Below are positions 46,592 to 56,796 of a DNA stretch of 64,000 nt, piece by piece (position 1 is the stretch's first letter; the number at the start of each line of letters is the position of its first letter). The stretch comes from an uncultured Candidatus Saccharibacteria bacterium (lineage in GTDB: Bacteria > Patescibacteriota > Minisyncoccia > Phycocordibacterales > UBA2100): assembly GCA_964586255.1 (NCBI GenBank), contig CAZPGE010000003.1, positions 66,537 through 130,536 of the forward strand. The letters run 5' to 3'. The notes beneath the pieces were generated by a model. That model was not told the origin of the DNA, ran no database searches, and saw only the letters and a list, made by a program, of their open reading frames with translations. Both the position numbers and the translations under genes were made by a program.

Positions 46592-47797
46592 TTACTTCCG
46601 ACGGAGGAAGGAAGGAAGTCCGCCCCACGAATCCTCGTCATCCTCGCCCTGTGCAAGCGGAGACTCCTGCTTCGGTGCTTCTGGCTTTGGTGTCTCCTTG
46701 ACCTCGGTGCGCTCTACAGCGGCATCGATAATCTTCTTTGGTGCCGGCTTGTCTGTAGGACGGGCAGGAATCACAGGAATATCGCCGTCTTTACGAGGAG
46801 CGATGCGCTGACCAAAGAGATTGGGTGCGCGGCTCGTGGTCTCTGGGAAGCCGGTAGCGATGACGGTGACGCGCACCTGTCCCTTCTTGAGTGTATCGTC
46901 GGTGACGGCGCCAAAGATGACCTTTGCGTCGGGGTCGATAGCTTCGGTGATGACATTGGCAGCATCCTGTACTTCGAGCATGCCGAGATCTTCGCCGCCG
47001 GCGATAGAGAAGAGAACGCCCTTGGCTCCCGTGATGGAGACTTCGAGAAGTGGCGAGTTTATCGCGGCGCGCGCAGCCTGCTCGGCGCGCTTGTCGCCCA
47101 TGCCAGTGCCGATACCCATGAGTGCCGAGCCTGCGTTTTGCATGATGGAGCGGACGTCGGCGAAGTCGACGTTGATGATACCGGTCTGCGTGATGAGATC
47201 GGAGATTCCTTCAACAGCCTGCTTGAGAATGTCATCGCACATGGCGAATGCATTTTTGATGCCGGTCTCGCGCGTGACGATAGTGAGAAGCTTGTCGTTG
47301 GGGATGATGATTACCGCGTCGACTGCCTTGCGAAGCTCAGAGATACCTTGCTCTGCGAGTCGAAGACGCTGCTGTCCCTCAAACATAAACGGCCTCGTCA
47401 CTACACCGACGGTGAGTGCGCCGAGCTCTCTCGCGATTTTCGCCACGACAGGTGCCGCGCCGGTACCCGTGCCGCCGCCCATGCCACCCGTGATGAAAAC
47501 CATGTCAGAACCTTTGATTGCGTCCTGGATTTCTTCGCGCGTCTCTTCAGCGGCCTGCTTGCCGAGGTCGGGGTTCATGCCGGTACCAAGGCCGCGCGTG
47601 AGGGTCTTGCCGATATGAATCTTTTTCTTTGCCTTGGACTTATGGAGGTCTTGGGCGTCGGTGTTGACCGCGATAAAGTCCACACCCTCCACCTTAGAGG
47701 TCACCATGTGGTTGACGGCATTGCCGCCGGAACCTCCGACGCCGATTACGCGGATTCGCGCAAATGACTCGACTTCGGACCTGACCTGCTTCGACAT
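46592..47797 (-). CDS. ftsZ: Cell division GTPase FtsZ
   Basis: [11 protein letters not shown] tubulin signature. Start at MSKQVRSE; the ORF table starts at 47833. Confidence 0.93.
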   Translation of the reverse strand: MSKQVRSEVESFARIRVIGVGGSGGNAVNHMVTSKVEGVDFIAVNTDAQDLHKSKAKKKIHIGKTLTRGLGTGMNPDLGKQAAEETREEIQDAIKGSDMVFITGGMGGGTGTGAAPVVAKIARELGALTVGVVTRPFMFEGQQRLRLAEQGISELRKAVDAVIIIPNDKLLTIVTRETGIKNAFAMCDDILKQAVEGISDLITQTGIINVDFADVRSIMQNAGSALMGIGTGMGDKRAEQAARAAINSPLLEVSITGAKGVLFSIAGGEDLGMLEVQDAANVITEAIDPDAKVIFGAVTDDTLKKGQVRVTVIATGFPETTSRAPNLFGQRIAPRKDGDIPVIPARPTDKPAPKKIIDAAVERTEVKETPKPEAPKQESPLAQGEDDEDSWGGLPSFLRRK

Positions 47798-47910
47798 AGT
47801 GTGGACATCATAGCACTTCGGGAAAAATGACAATCTTGACGATGTGCGGTTTTCGATGCTTCATAAAAGTCGCAAAAAAGCGACAAAACGGGGGATTAGA
47901 GGTGTAATTT

Positions 47911-49080
47911 CTACGGAAGGAGTGCGCGGAAACTTTGTTTAAATGATTCCCATCCGTGCGTAAACATATCGCCAAGCGAGTGACCACGGTCGCTCATGTC
48001 TTCTCCGTATGCCCATCGACACAGTCCGTATGCGACAGACCACGTCGCATCCGATGCTGCAGTGCGCGCCATATTTCCTGCTTGGCCAATCTGCGATGGA
48101 AGTTTGAGAACCGTCTTTGCGATTTCTGAAACTGCTTCGAGTCCGGAGCCGCCGCCCGTTATCACAATGCCCGCGGGTAACAAACGCGAGCGACCGATTG
48201 ATTTGAGGTGTGTGTTGATAAGACCAAACATGTCGCGCAGCTGCGAGGTGACAATGGTCTGAATTTTTTTTGGGGCGATATCGCTTCCTGTCACTGCACC
48301 ACGCTTCATCTGTTCGGCCTCCGTGAGTGGGATTTGGAAAGATAGCGCAATAGTGTTGGTGATGTCTCCCGAGCCTTCCGGGAAGACCTTGAGCGATACG
48401 GGCACGTCGTCGTCGAAGACCACGAGAGAGAGTGTCTCAGAGCCAATATTGGCGAGTACGACGCCCGCGGTCTTTTGTGCTTTGGTGAGTGCCACGAGGC
48501 TCGCGGCTAAGGGTGAGGCCATGACACTCTCCACCTCCACACCGGCAGCCTCCACTGCGTCGATGAGATCGTCGTGGTGTTGCGTGAGGATGGTGATGAG
48601 GAGCGTGTCGACGGAGAGCTTCGTGCCCTGCAAGCCGACGGCTTTGCCAAAAACTTTGTTGCCGTCGACACGGTACTCAAGGGGAATCGTATGAATAACG
48701 CTTCGGTTGGTCAGCTTGGCCGAGGCACGCGTCTCGCTGTCTTTGAGTGCGCGTTCGACATCGCGCTCAGTGACAATGCCGCCCGATTGGGTGAGCGACA
48801 CGTCGCCCATGGAGCGTGTCTCGTCGAGGCCGACGCCGCCCATAGCGACGCGCGCACTCTTCACACTCACCTTCGCTGCCGCAGAGGCGCGCATGAGCGC
48901 TTCTTTGATGCTTCGTCCTGCTTCGACGCGGTCGATGATGTACCCGTGGCGCACCCCTTTGGTAGCGGCTGTGCCCGTGCCGATTATTTGCATCGGGACA
49001 TCGGGGCGCTCTGCCGGCGCGGCAATGACGACCTTCACGAGAGAAGAGCCGATGTCGATGCCGGTATAGAACTTCCTCAT
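47911..49080 (-). CDS. ftsA: Cell division protein FtsA
   Basis: Actin-like ATPase (GIDIGSSLVKVVIA…); conserved partner upstream of ftsZ. The ORF table starts at 49113. Confidence 0.9.
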   Translation of the reverse strand: MRKFYTGIDIGSSLVKVVIAAPAERPDVPMQIIGTGTAATKGVRHGYIIDRVEAGRSIKEALMRASAAAKVSVKSARVAMGGVGLDETRSMGDVSLTQSGGIVTERDVERALKDSETRASAKLTNRSVIHTIPLEYRVDGNKVFGKAVGLQGTKLSVDTLLITILTQHHDDLIDAVEAAGVEVESVMASPLAASLVALTKAQKTAGVVLANIGSETLSLVVFDDDVPVSLKVFPEGSGDITNTIALSFQIPLTEAEQMKRGAVTGSDIAPKKIQTIVTSQLRDMFGLINTHLKSIGRSRLLPAGIVITGGGSGLEAVSEIAKTVLKLPSQIGQAGNMARTAASDATWSVAYGLCRWAYGEDMSDRGHSLGDMFTHGWESFKQSFRALLP

Positions 49081-49137
49081 TTGACTATTGTACCGTGTCC
49101 TGGCCGGGTGCACGTAGTCTTCGCGAGGGGATAATCC

Positions 49138-49524
49138 TTATTGTAAGCCGAATTTTTTGAGTACTTTCAATTCCTCACGTTCCATCGCATCGCCGTGTGC
49201 GAGACCTTTGAGATGGAAGAGACCGTGCACATAGAGAAGTGCGACGCGCTGCTTCAGCGTCACGCCGTATTGGCGCGCTTCGCGCTCCGCTTTGCGAATA
49301 TTCAAAAATATCTCACCTTCCTTCGGGTCGAGCTCGAAAGAAAGTACGTTGGGGTAGTAGCTCTTTTTCCGATACGCGATGTTGATGCGCCGCGCGAGCG
49401 TGTCGCCGCAGAGCACAAGTGAAAGCTGGTACGAGGAGCCGAGCACGACGCGTGCCATATCTTCAAACGCAATTCGCGGCACTGGGCCGCGAATGGTTGT
49501 TCGTATTTCTACGAGAGATGACAT
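49138..49524 (-). CDS. ybeY: rRNA maturation endoribonuclease YbeY
   Basis: HGLFHLKGLAHGD matches the H-x3-H-x5-H zinc motif. Confidence 0.85.
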   Translation of the reverse strand: MSSLVEIRTTIRGPVPRIAFEDMARVVLGSSYQLSLVLCGDTLARRINIAYRKKSYYPNVLSFELDPKEGEIFLNIRKAEREARQYGVTLKQRVALLYVHGLFHLKGLAHGDAMEREELKVLKKFGLQ

Positions 49525-49836
49525 TTAGCGAGCGATAGGAGTGCTCTCTCCGAAGCGAGCTGGGGCGGTGGTGGTCTGTGGTTCGCGTGAATAGGTACGG
49601 CGCTGCGGAGCCTCAATGACCTTGCCCTCCTTTACGAGCTGGCGGTAGTCCGCTCGGCGCTTGATGAGCTTGAGGGCGCGCTTCTTCTGGACGTTCTTGG
49701 ACTTCTGACGGTCAAAGTAACGGGTCTTGCGGGAGTTCTTTATAAGGCCCGTGCCCTGCACTTTGCGGGAGAATTTGCGAATCACCGAGAGGGTACTCTC
49801 GTTGCCGCTTTTCGTGACTTCTGCATTGATTGACAT
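49525..49836 (-). CDS. rpsU: 30S ribosomal protein S21 (with a C-terminal extension)
   Basis: The basic segment VIRKFSRKVQGTGLIKNSRKTRYFDRQKSK resembles bS21. Its stop abuts the ybeY start. Confidence 0.65.
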   Translation of the reverse strand: MSINAEVTKSGNESTLSVIRKFSRKVQGTGLIKNSRKTRYFDRQKSKNVQKKRALKLIKRRADYRQLVKEGKVIEAPQRRTYSREPQTTTAPARFGESTPIAR

Positions 49837-49889
49837 GTGGGCCAGAGTCTAACACGAAAACTGCAGGTGTAGCAAGTCCCTCCCGCGGC

Positions 49890-51101
49890 TTATGCAGAGA
49901 GTGCGGTCAAGGGGGCGCTTATGCGGCGGCGCTTGAGGTAGTTGGAGAGGTCGTCGAGAGGGACGGCTTCTTGCGAGTTGGACACGACTTCGCGGACGAG
50001 GACGGTATTTTCCATAGCCTCCTTGTATCCCATGATGAGGATATAGGGGACCGCGAGCTGCTTCGCCTGCACCATCTGTTCACCGATTCGGTCGTAGAGA
50101 AGCGATTGGTGGACAGGAATATCTGCATGTCGCAGTGTCTCGAGGACACTGAGTGCGCGCCTCCTCGCCTCTGCGCCGAGATGGGCGAAGTAGATGGCCG
50201 GCACGCCTCTCTTCTCGCGCTTTACCTGGGTCTTGCCGCGGACCTCACAATTGATAGATATCATCGCAGCCGGCGTGGCTTCTGAGCCGAAGCGCGTTGC
50301 GAGCGGGTCGTACCTGCCGCCGAAAGCGATAGCGACGCGTGATCCGGTCTCTTCGTCGATTGTCGAAATCTCAAAAAGTGAATGCGCCCAGCAGTCACGG
50401 CTACCGAGCACTTGTGGCGAGAGCTCGTAAGGGAGTCCGTACACCTCGAGGTATTCGAGGAGTTCCCAAAACTTTCGACGCTCTTCTTCCGTGAGGTACT
50501 CCATTGCTTGCGGCGCTCTTGGGGCAGCCGGATGGCCGCGCTCTATGAGCTGCACAAGTGTGCCGAGTGGGTCGGTGGCTGCGCGCGGTCGAAGTGTCGG
50601 AGAAATCGTCTCGATGTGTTTGCGTAAGTATGCGGACACGTCACGTACAAAACGATTCGACGATTCGTGCGAGCCGATGTTGTTGATGGCAAGATACTTT
50701 TCACCGATACCGGCTTCTTCCAAGATGGCGTGCGCGACGACGAGAAGGAGCGCCTCTGAGACGGCGGATGTACTACCGACGACATGCAGCTCGAGCGTCG
50801 TTGAGGGAATGCCCGTGGTGTTTTGCACGGCGCGCCATGCAAGAAAACCTTCTTTTTGCGTGCGCGCGCATGCGGCGCAGCGCTTCGCAGACGAAGTAAG
50901 TGGCCGCTCATCGCGCCGTGCGTACGCGATATCGGCGTCGCTTCTCGCTGCGCGCTTCTTGTCGTCCTTCTCGCCGGACTTAGCCATGCGCGTCATGCGC
51001 ATTTCCTCAAGCGGCGCGAAGCCGTAATACTCCGCGGTGCGAATAGCTTCGGAGAGAAAATCGGCAGTGGAAGCATGGTGTGTATCCTTGAGCCGTATCA
51101 T
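49890..51101 (-). CDS. hisS: Histidyl-tRNA synthetase-like protein (HisRS/HisZ family), divergent
   Basis: Motif-3-like FGGRYDPL and a C-terminal anticodon-binding-like domain. No clear fRyErPQ motif 2. Confidence 0.55.
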   Translation of the reverse strand: MIRLKDTHHASTADFLSEAIRTAEYYGFAPLEEMRMTRMAKSGEKDDKKRAARSDADIAYARRDERPLTSSAKRCAACARTQKEGFLAWRAVQNTTGIPSTTLELHVVGSTSAVSEALLLVVAHAILEEAGIGEKYLAINNIGSHESSNRFVRDVSAYLRKHIETISPTLRPRAATDPLGTLVQLIERGHPAAPRAPQAMEYLTEEERRKFWELLEYLEVYGLPYELSPQVLGSRDCWAHSLFEISTIDEETGSRVAIAFGGRYDPLATRFGSEATPAAMISINCEVRGKTQVKREKRGVPAIYFAHLGAEARRRALSVLETLRHADIPVHQSLLYDRIGEQMVQAKQLAVPYILIMGYKEAMENTVLVREVVSNSQEAVPLDDLSNYLKRRRISAPLTALSA

Positions 51102-51120
51102 ATGATGATTATTTATGTTG

Positions 51121-51726
51121 CTAGTACCTTGCTACACCCGGAAAGATGGAAATTTCTCCGAACGGGAAAAGTCGCACGAGTACCCGCCCTACGATGTCCT
51201 CGCGAGGGAGGACGCCCCATATCCGCGAATCCGCAGAGACTTTTCTGTTGTCGCCGAGCACGAAGAACTCATCGGTGCCAAGTTTTACACTCACTTGGTT
51301 GGCGCCGCCAAGATTTTCTCTTGAGAGATACGGTTCTTCGAGCTGAAAACCTTGGGGATTCTCATCGTTGATGATGGTGACGGTGTCACCGGCGATGACC
51401 ACCGTGTCTCCAGGAAGCCCAATAACCCTTTTTATGAGCGCTTTACTGGTGTTTTGGGGGAGATCGAAGACGATGACATCTCCGCGCGCAGGCTCTCCGA
51501 GGTTATAGGACACCCGATCTATGATGAGGTAGTTGAGGTCTTGGAATGTAGGGAGCATCGAGGCCCCCTGGACGATGTATGGAGCGGCGATGAAGAAGCG
51601 TATGAAGAGCGCAAGGCCCAGCGCTACGAGCGTATACGCCACGAGCGACTTTGAGGATGATGGATGCTCAGTAGGCCCCCTCTCAATCGGTGCCTGCACA
51701 GTGTTTTGTGTGTCGCCTTCACTCAT
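51121..51726 (-). CDS. lepB: Signal peptidase I
   Basis: Catalytic Ser region GASMLPTF and the Lys box GDNRKVSADSRIWG. Confidence 0.85.
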   Translation of the reverse strand: MSEGDTQNTVQAPIERGPTEHPSSSKSLVAYTLVALGLALFIRFFIAAPYIVQGASMLPTFQDLNYLIIDRVSYNLGEPARGDVIVFDLPQNTSKALIKRVIGLPGDTVVIAGDTVTIINDENPQGFQLEEPYLSRENLGGANQVSVKLGTDEFFVLGDNRKVSADSRIWGVLPREDIVGRVLVRLFPFGEISIFPGVARY

Positions 51727-51995
51727 ACGCGCAGCGACAACCTCTTTTCTTGTAAGAGCCCATCAGAATTTTTTCTAACGGGAGACATGTGCGAATATTC
51801 TACTCGCTCAGTGGCATTGACACCAAATGAATGGAGTGGTGCGTCTCATTTCGCATTGCGATTCGCGAAGCACGAATAATTTTTTGATAAAAATTTTCTC
51901 CGCTCGCGCCGTCGCGCTGCGCGAGGCTTCGCGCAATCGCAATGCTCATGAGTCGGTGGGGTGTGAGGCGATGAAAATGGGATATACTGGCCGCC

Positions 51996-52586
51996 ATGTC
52001 ATGGGTAGTCATCGGTCTGGGCAATCCCGGAGAGGAATATATCGATACAAGGCACAATGCCGGCCGTATGGCGGTGGAATTCTTTGCTAAAAAAGCTGGC
52101 GCGAGCGCGTGGAAAGCGCACAAAAGCTCAGAATCGCTCACCGCGGGGGTGAGCGTGGGCAAAAATCTGCTCGCGCTTGTGCTCCCGGAGACCTTTATGA
52201 ACAAATCGGGCGTTTCTGCCGCGAAGTTTGTGAAGTCGGTGAGAGCGGCTGAGAAGATGATTGTCATATACGACGACCTCGACCTTCCGCTCGGCAAAAT
52301 AAAAATATCGTTTGACCGCGGAAGCGGGGGACACAAGGGCGTGGAGTCCATCATGCGTGCGGTGAAGACAAAAAAGTTCACACGCATCCGCGTCGGCGTG
52401 TCGCCGACGACGGCAGGAGGGAAACTTCGCAAGCCGGAAGCGGGCGATGACGTCGTCGATTTTATATTAAAGCGATTTAAAGCGAGCGAGATGGATGACC
52501 TCAAGAAGGTGTTTAAGACGGTATCCGAAGCGATAGAAACTGTCGTGACCGAAAGTGCCGTGATCGCAATGAATCGTTACAACTAG
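51996..52586 (+). CDS. pth: Peptidyl-tRNA hydrolase
   Basis: MSWVVIGLGNPGEEYIDTRHNAGRM… is the canonical Pth N-terminus. Confidence 0.9.
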   Translation: MSWVVIGLGNPGEEYIDTRHNAGRMAVEFFAKKAGASAWKAHKSSESLTAGVSVGKNLLALVLPETFMNKSGVSAAKFVKSVRAAEKMIVIYDDLDLPLGKIKISFDRGSGGHKGVESIMRAVKTKKFTRIRVGVSPTTAGGKLRKPEAGDDVVDFILKRFKASEMDDLKKVFKTVSEAIETVVTESAVIAMNRYN

Positions 52587-52676
52587 TCCTTGGTAGCGAG
52601 GATGCGCGCTTATTGACTGAGTCTCGTGTATGGGGCATGCTCTCGCGAGCAACTCGTGTGACATCAAGGGGGGAAC

Positions 52677-52850
52677 ATGATTCAGCATATCCACAGAACG
52701 CCTGCGGCGGATGTACCTCCACCTGGCGGAGACCTCGTGCAGGTCTGTGCCTACTGCGAACTGTACGTACCGCAGCCGTGTTCGGCCGCCGACTACCACC
52801 GGTGTGAGAATTACAATCACGCCGTAAACGACGACGAACGTCGTCACTGA
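52677..52850 (+). CDS. Tiny Cys-containing ORF (57 aa) with a very strong SD
   Basis: AAGGGGGGAAC then ATG. Below the 60-aa cut-off of the ORF track. Its stop overlaps the SD of the next ORF. Confidence 0.3.
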   Translation: MIQHIHRTPAADVPPPGGDLVQVCAYCELYVPQPCSAADYHRCENYNHAVNDDERRH

Positions 52851-52861
52851 AAGGGGGAAAC

Positions 52862-53155
52862 GTGCCAAGCGAGAGAGAGCTGTCTGAAATGCCGGGCGTC
52901 GGTGTGCGCATCGACGCCGTGATTGAGGGTTGGCGAGCCACCATCGTCCGCCGCGACACCAATGGGTGTCTGCACGGGCAGACGTGGCCCGTTCGGACGA
53001 GAATCCACCTCGCGGTGCGAGATGCGCGGCGATGTGCGCCCGACGTCTTGCTTGCGTCATGCGATGCAATGGGCGCTTGGCGGATAGCCATGTGCCGGCG
53101 GCGTTACCTCACGTCGCTCGAATACGGGCTCAGTCCCGAAGGGGGCATCGCATGA
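52862..53155 (+). CDS. Small hypothetical protein (97 aa), second of a strong-SD pair
   Basis: GAAAGGGGGAAAC then GTG. A bidirectional terminator follows. Confidence 0.3.
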   Translation: MPSERELSEMPGVGVRIDAVIEGWRATIVRRDTNGCLHGQTWPVRTRIHLAVRDARRCAPDVLLASCDAMGAWRIAMCRRRYLTSLEYGLSPEGGIA

Positions 53156-53180
53156 GACGAAAAAGAAAAAGGACCGACTG

Positions 53181-53215
53181 CGGAATCGCGGACGGTCCTT
53201 TCACTTTGGCCGGTT
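53181..53215. terminator. Bidirectional intrinsic terminator between the small-ORF pair (+) and rpsA (-)
   Basis: aggaccg-actgcggaatcgcgg-acggtcct, with T-runs on both strands. Confidence 0.55.
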
Positions 53216-54337
53216 CTACTGGACCGGCTTGAGCGTCATGCGGCGCTCCTTGGGCTCGAAGAAGGTGATGATAAACGGATACACCTTGCCGAGTTCGAGT
53301 TTCTGACGAAGTTCGTCCTCGCTCGCAAATTCCGATATGTGGACGAGTCCGGCGACGCCTTCCTCGATAGAGGCGAGCGCGCCGTGCTTGTTGTATTTGA
53401 TGACGACGGCATCCACCTGCTGGTCTTTGGTGAATTTTGCTGCCGCAGTCTTCCACGGGTCGTCGACGAGGGCCTTGATAGAGAGGGACACTTTCGAATC
53501 CTTTATCTCGATGACCTTCACTTTGACCGGCTCGCCGACCTTGTAGCGAGACTTTGGATTCTCCACGAGTGCCCAGTCCATTTCGGAGATGTGCACGAGT
53601 CCTTCGAGTCCGTCCTCGAGCTTCACAAATACACCGAATTCTGTTGCGCCCGTTACCACGCCGTCGATGACATCGCCGACCTGGTACTTCTCGACGAGTG
53701 AGCTGCGCTCCGAAGAGCCCGCGCCCTTTTCGCTGAAGATGAGCTTCTGTTCTTTTGGAGATGCCGTGATGACCATGACCTCAAGCTTGGTTCCCACCAT
53801 CTTCTTGAGTTCGAGGAATATCTTGTCTTTATCACCATCCGGCACGCGCGGGTAGTGCGCGGGCGAGAGCTGGGAGGCCGGGAGGAATCCCTGAATGCCG
53901 TTCCAGTTGATGATAAGGCCGCCCTTGTTGGCGTCGGTGATAGGGAGCTCGAAGACCGTCTTTTTCTGGGAAGCGATCTCCGCCTCGTTCCAGATGAGGG
54001 CCTGGCGCGCTTCGCGAAGCGAGAGTTCGATATACCCATCTTCGTTGTCGGTGCCCACCACCTTTGCAGTGACGAGGTCACCGATATGGACGTTTTTCAG
54101 TGTCTCGCGAGCCGAGAGATACTCGCGGCCGTAGATGATACCTGTACCAAACGGATGCAGGTCTACGAACACACGGGCACGGCCAAGAGCGATGACCGGA
54201 CCTTCTACTACATCGTCTGTCGCAGGAGCCTTCGGCGATGCCGTGAGGAGCTCCGCCATGGGGCCCTGGGGCTTCACCTCTCCTACCTCGGATTCGTCGG
54301 AATCCTTTACCACCTTCTCTTCTGTTTCTGTAACCAT
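53216..54337 (-). CDS. rpsA: 30S ribosomal protein S1 (four S1 domains, 373 aa)
   Basis: Repeated S1 OB-fold units (…GDLVTAKVVG…, …GDVIDGVVTGATEFGVFVKL…). Start re-set to MVTETEEK; the ORF table's upstream extension is Arg/Gly-rich junk. Confidence 0.85.
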   Translation of the reverse strand: MVTETEEKVVKDSDESEVGEVKPQGPMAELLTASPKAPATDDVVEGPVIALGRARVFVDLHPFGTGIIYGREYLSARETLKNVHIGDLVTAKVVGTDNEDGYIELSLREARQALIWNEAEIASQKKTVFELPITDANKGGLIINWNGIQGFLPASQLSPAHYPRVPDGDKDKIFLELKKMVGTKLEVMVITASPKEQKLIFSEKGAGSSERSSLVEKYQVGDVIDGVVTGATEFGVFVKLEDGLEGLVHISEMDWALVENPKSRYKVGEPVKVKVIEIKDSKVSLSIKALVDDPWKTAAAKFTKDQQVDAVVIKYNKHGALASIEEGVAGLVHISEFASEDELRQKLELGKVYPFIITFFEPKERRMTLKPVQ

Positions 54338-54496
54338 GTAATGGTGCGCACGGATCTTCCTGCTTACGCTACCGTGTCTGTCGGCAGGGAAGAAATTAAC
54401 CGTCCGCTCTATTAATGAATAAACGCCCAAAGGGCGTCCGCACAATATATATGAACACCCCCCTTCATGCAATGTGGTACATTGGGGAACATACGT

Positions 54497-54967
54497 ATGC
54501 GCGGATTTGAACGACGTGTAGGGGGCTTCTTTACCGAGTTTTGGAAGTTTGCTGCCAAGGGCAATGCGATTCAGCTTGCGGTCGCCGTGGTTATCGGAGG
54601 GGCATTCGGCGCCATAGTAAACTCGCTCGTGGCCGATATCATCACGCCATTTCTCTCCGTCCTCACTGGCAACGTCAACTTTTCCACTTGGTCGTACACG
54701 ATTCGACCCGAGACGGTACTGACGGGGACCACGACCCCCGAACTTGTCGTCGGGTACGGCAAGCTCATGCAAGCCACACTCAACTTCTTTATCGTGGGCC
54801 TCGCCATATTCGGGCTTTTCAAGCTTTTCTCTGGTGTACTCGCCAGATTCCAGCAGAAAGAAGTGGAGGAACCTCTTACGCCGACCTCGACGGAAGAGAA
54901 ATTGCTCTGCGAGATACGCGACATCCTCAAAGAGCAGTCTGCGAAGAAAAGCGACTTCACTCAGTAA
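54497..54967 (+). CDS. mscL: Large-conductance mechanosensitive channel
   Basis: MRGFERRVGGFFTEFWKFAAKGNAIQLAVAVVIGGAFGAIVNSLVADIITP matches the MscL TM1 region. Confidence 0.85.
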   Translation: MRGFERRVGGFFTEFWKFAAKGNAIQLAVAVVIGGAFGAIVNSLVADIITPFLSVLTGNVNFSTWSYTIRPETVLTGTTTPELVVGYGKLMQATLNFFIVGLAIFGLFKLFSGVLARFQQKEVEEPLTPTSTEEKLLCEIRDILKEQSAKKSDFTQ

Positions 54968-54972
54968 AAAGG

Positions 54973-55000
54973 ATGACCCCGGATTCCCGGGGTCATTTCT
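54973..55000 (+). terminator. Rho-independent terminator after mscL
   Basis: atgaccccgg-attc-ccggggtcat followed by ttctcc. Confidence 0.65.
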
Positions 55001-55014
55001 CCTATGGCTCCCCG

Positions 55015-55410
55015 CTACGGGAGCTTTGCTGCCGCGCTCAGTGCCGGAGCTGGCTCAGGCTTCGATGCGGTAGCCGGCGGTTCCTGCTCTTCGAACTGGG
55101 CGGTAAGAACCGGCCATTTCGACGCGGGGACCGACCAGATATACGGCAGGTCTTCGAGCGAACCACTGTCGTGCAGAAATGCCCGCAAATCGGCCTGCCG
55201 CTTCTCGATGACGTCGTCGAGCGGGTGACGCCTCAGGAGCGGCTCGTCGAGTTCGATGATGGCCGACCTCGACCTATCGAGCGCTGCCAGCGTTGGGTTC
55301 TTTCGGCCAGACGCTTTGAAACGCTCGTCGAAGGAGTCTGCGGATGCGATCTGCGCCGCACTTGCAGACATTGCAGTCAGTATCAATATCGCGTACGCCA
55401 TGGGTTTCAT
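55015..55410 (-). CDS. Small secreted hypothetical protein (~131 aa)
   Basis: Signal peptide MKPMAYAILILTAMSASAA with GGAGG upstream. The ORF table extends to 55599. Confidence 0.45.
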   Translation of the reverse strand: MKPMAYAILILTAMSASAAQIASADSFDERFKASGRKNPTLAALDRSRSAIIELDEPLLRRHPLDDVIEKRQADLRAFLHDSGSLEDLPYIWSVPASKWPVLTAQFEEQEPPATASKPEPAPALSAAAKLP

Positions 55411-56151
55411 GGCAGCCTCCCCAATCATCCACCATTGGTGAGCAACGATTCCCTCGGATTGATGGTTGAATCCGCGGGTACTATTCAGTACGCTACGCCT
55501 CCTTTTGATTAATGTCCATCGATTCGCGTGTATAAAAAAACGAACCCTGGGTGGAGATTCGGTAATCGCGAATATAATGCGAAAAACCAGAATCCCCAAC
55601 CAGGGTATGCCGACTTGGGACGCAAAGTCCCGTGGCTCACGAAATCGAGCCTAGGCGGCCAGCTTGATCTTGACGCTTCCACCGAGATAGTCGGCGGTGT
55701 AGGTCATGTCGGCAACTTCATTCGTGGCCGCATTGGCCGAAGTCGTCGACATGGAGATGATGGTCGCGAATACCGGGCTCGCACGCGCGAAGCCGGACAG
55801 CGCACTGGACTTGATCATGCTCTTTCCTCTCGTCAAATTGTCCTATCCATACGGAATCGGACGCGCGGGAGAACGGAAAATCTCCCGTCCATTCATACTA
55901 TGCCTTTCATGAACGTCTGCAAGTGGGGGAGTGGATAACGGTTTGTATGCAAAACTGGCAAGAAGCTCTCTCTATAAAAATGGTACCCAGGAGGCGTGCA
56001 TCGCAGAGCGATGTCGTGTCTCCCAGGATTTATGACGCACCCCCGTACGCTCCTTTCCAATCGCCCGGAGTCCGACCGATTGATACACTAGCGTTTCTTC
56101 GGATTCGGTCAAGAGGGTGTGCGTGGAGAAGAAACTGCTATACTATCGGCC

Positions 56152-56772
56152 ATGATTCTCACATTCCACGAAGGCGCCTGTATCAAGGCGAGCGCGGGCG
56201 ATACTACTATTGTATTCAGCCCTGTATCCAAAGCGTCCAAGAATTTTAAGCCGGTCAACTTTGGGGCCGATGTGGCGTTTGTATCCTTTAATCATCCGGA
56301 CATGAACGGTGCCACCGAAGCAGGGCGAGGAGAAAAGCAGCCGTTTGTCATCTTTGGACCGGGAGAGTATGAGGTAAAGGAAATCAGCTGCTCCGGCTTC
56401 CCATCGGGCTCTACCTATGGAGGCGAGGGAAAGATAAACACCGTGTACTCGGTGCATTTCGACGGACTCAGTGTGCTCTATCTCGGCGCCCTCGGCGATT
56501 TGGATTTGCCGAGTGATTTGCTTGAGATGGATTCACCCGATGTGCTTATTCTGCCAATCGGTTCCGAAGGCACACTTACTCCTGCGGAAGCTGCCAAGCT
56601 CGCGGTGAAGCTCGAAGCGAAAATAATCATCCCGATTCTCTACGACGAAAAGTCACTCAAGGTATTTCAGAAAGAAGCAGGTGCTGAAAGCGTGAAGCCG
56701 GTGGAAAAACTCACGATCAAGCCGCGCGATGTGGTCGGTAAAGAAAATGAGGTGGTAGTGCTCTCCGCATAG
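56152..56772 (+). CDS. Metallo-beta-lactamase-fold hydrolase
   Basis: Beta-lactamase-fold sandwich pattern (…VAFVSFNHPDMNGA…, ILPIGSEGTLTPAEAAKL). TATACT lies ~8 nt before the ATG, suggesting a leaderless transcript. Confidence 0.65.
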   Translation: MILTFHEGACIKASAGDTTIVFSPVSKASKNFKPVNFGADVAFVSFNHPDMNGATEAGRGEKQPFVIFGPGEYEVKEISCSGFPSGSTYGGEGKINTVYSVHFDGLSVLYLGALGDLDLPSDLLEMDSPDVLILPIGSEGTLTPAEAAKLAVKLEAKIIIPILYDEKSLKVFQKEAGAESVKPVEKLTIKPRDVVGKENEVVVLSA

Positions 56773-56796
56773 GTAAACATAAGGTAAAATAGCGGA

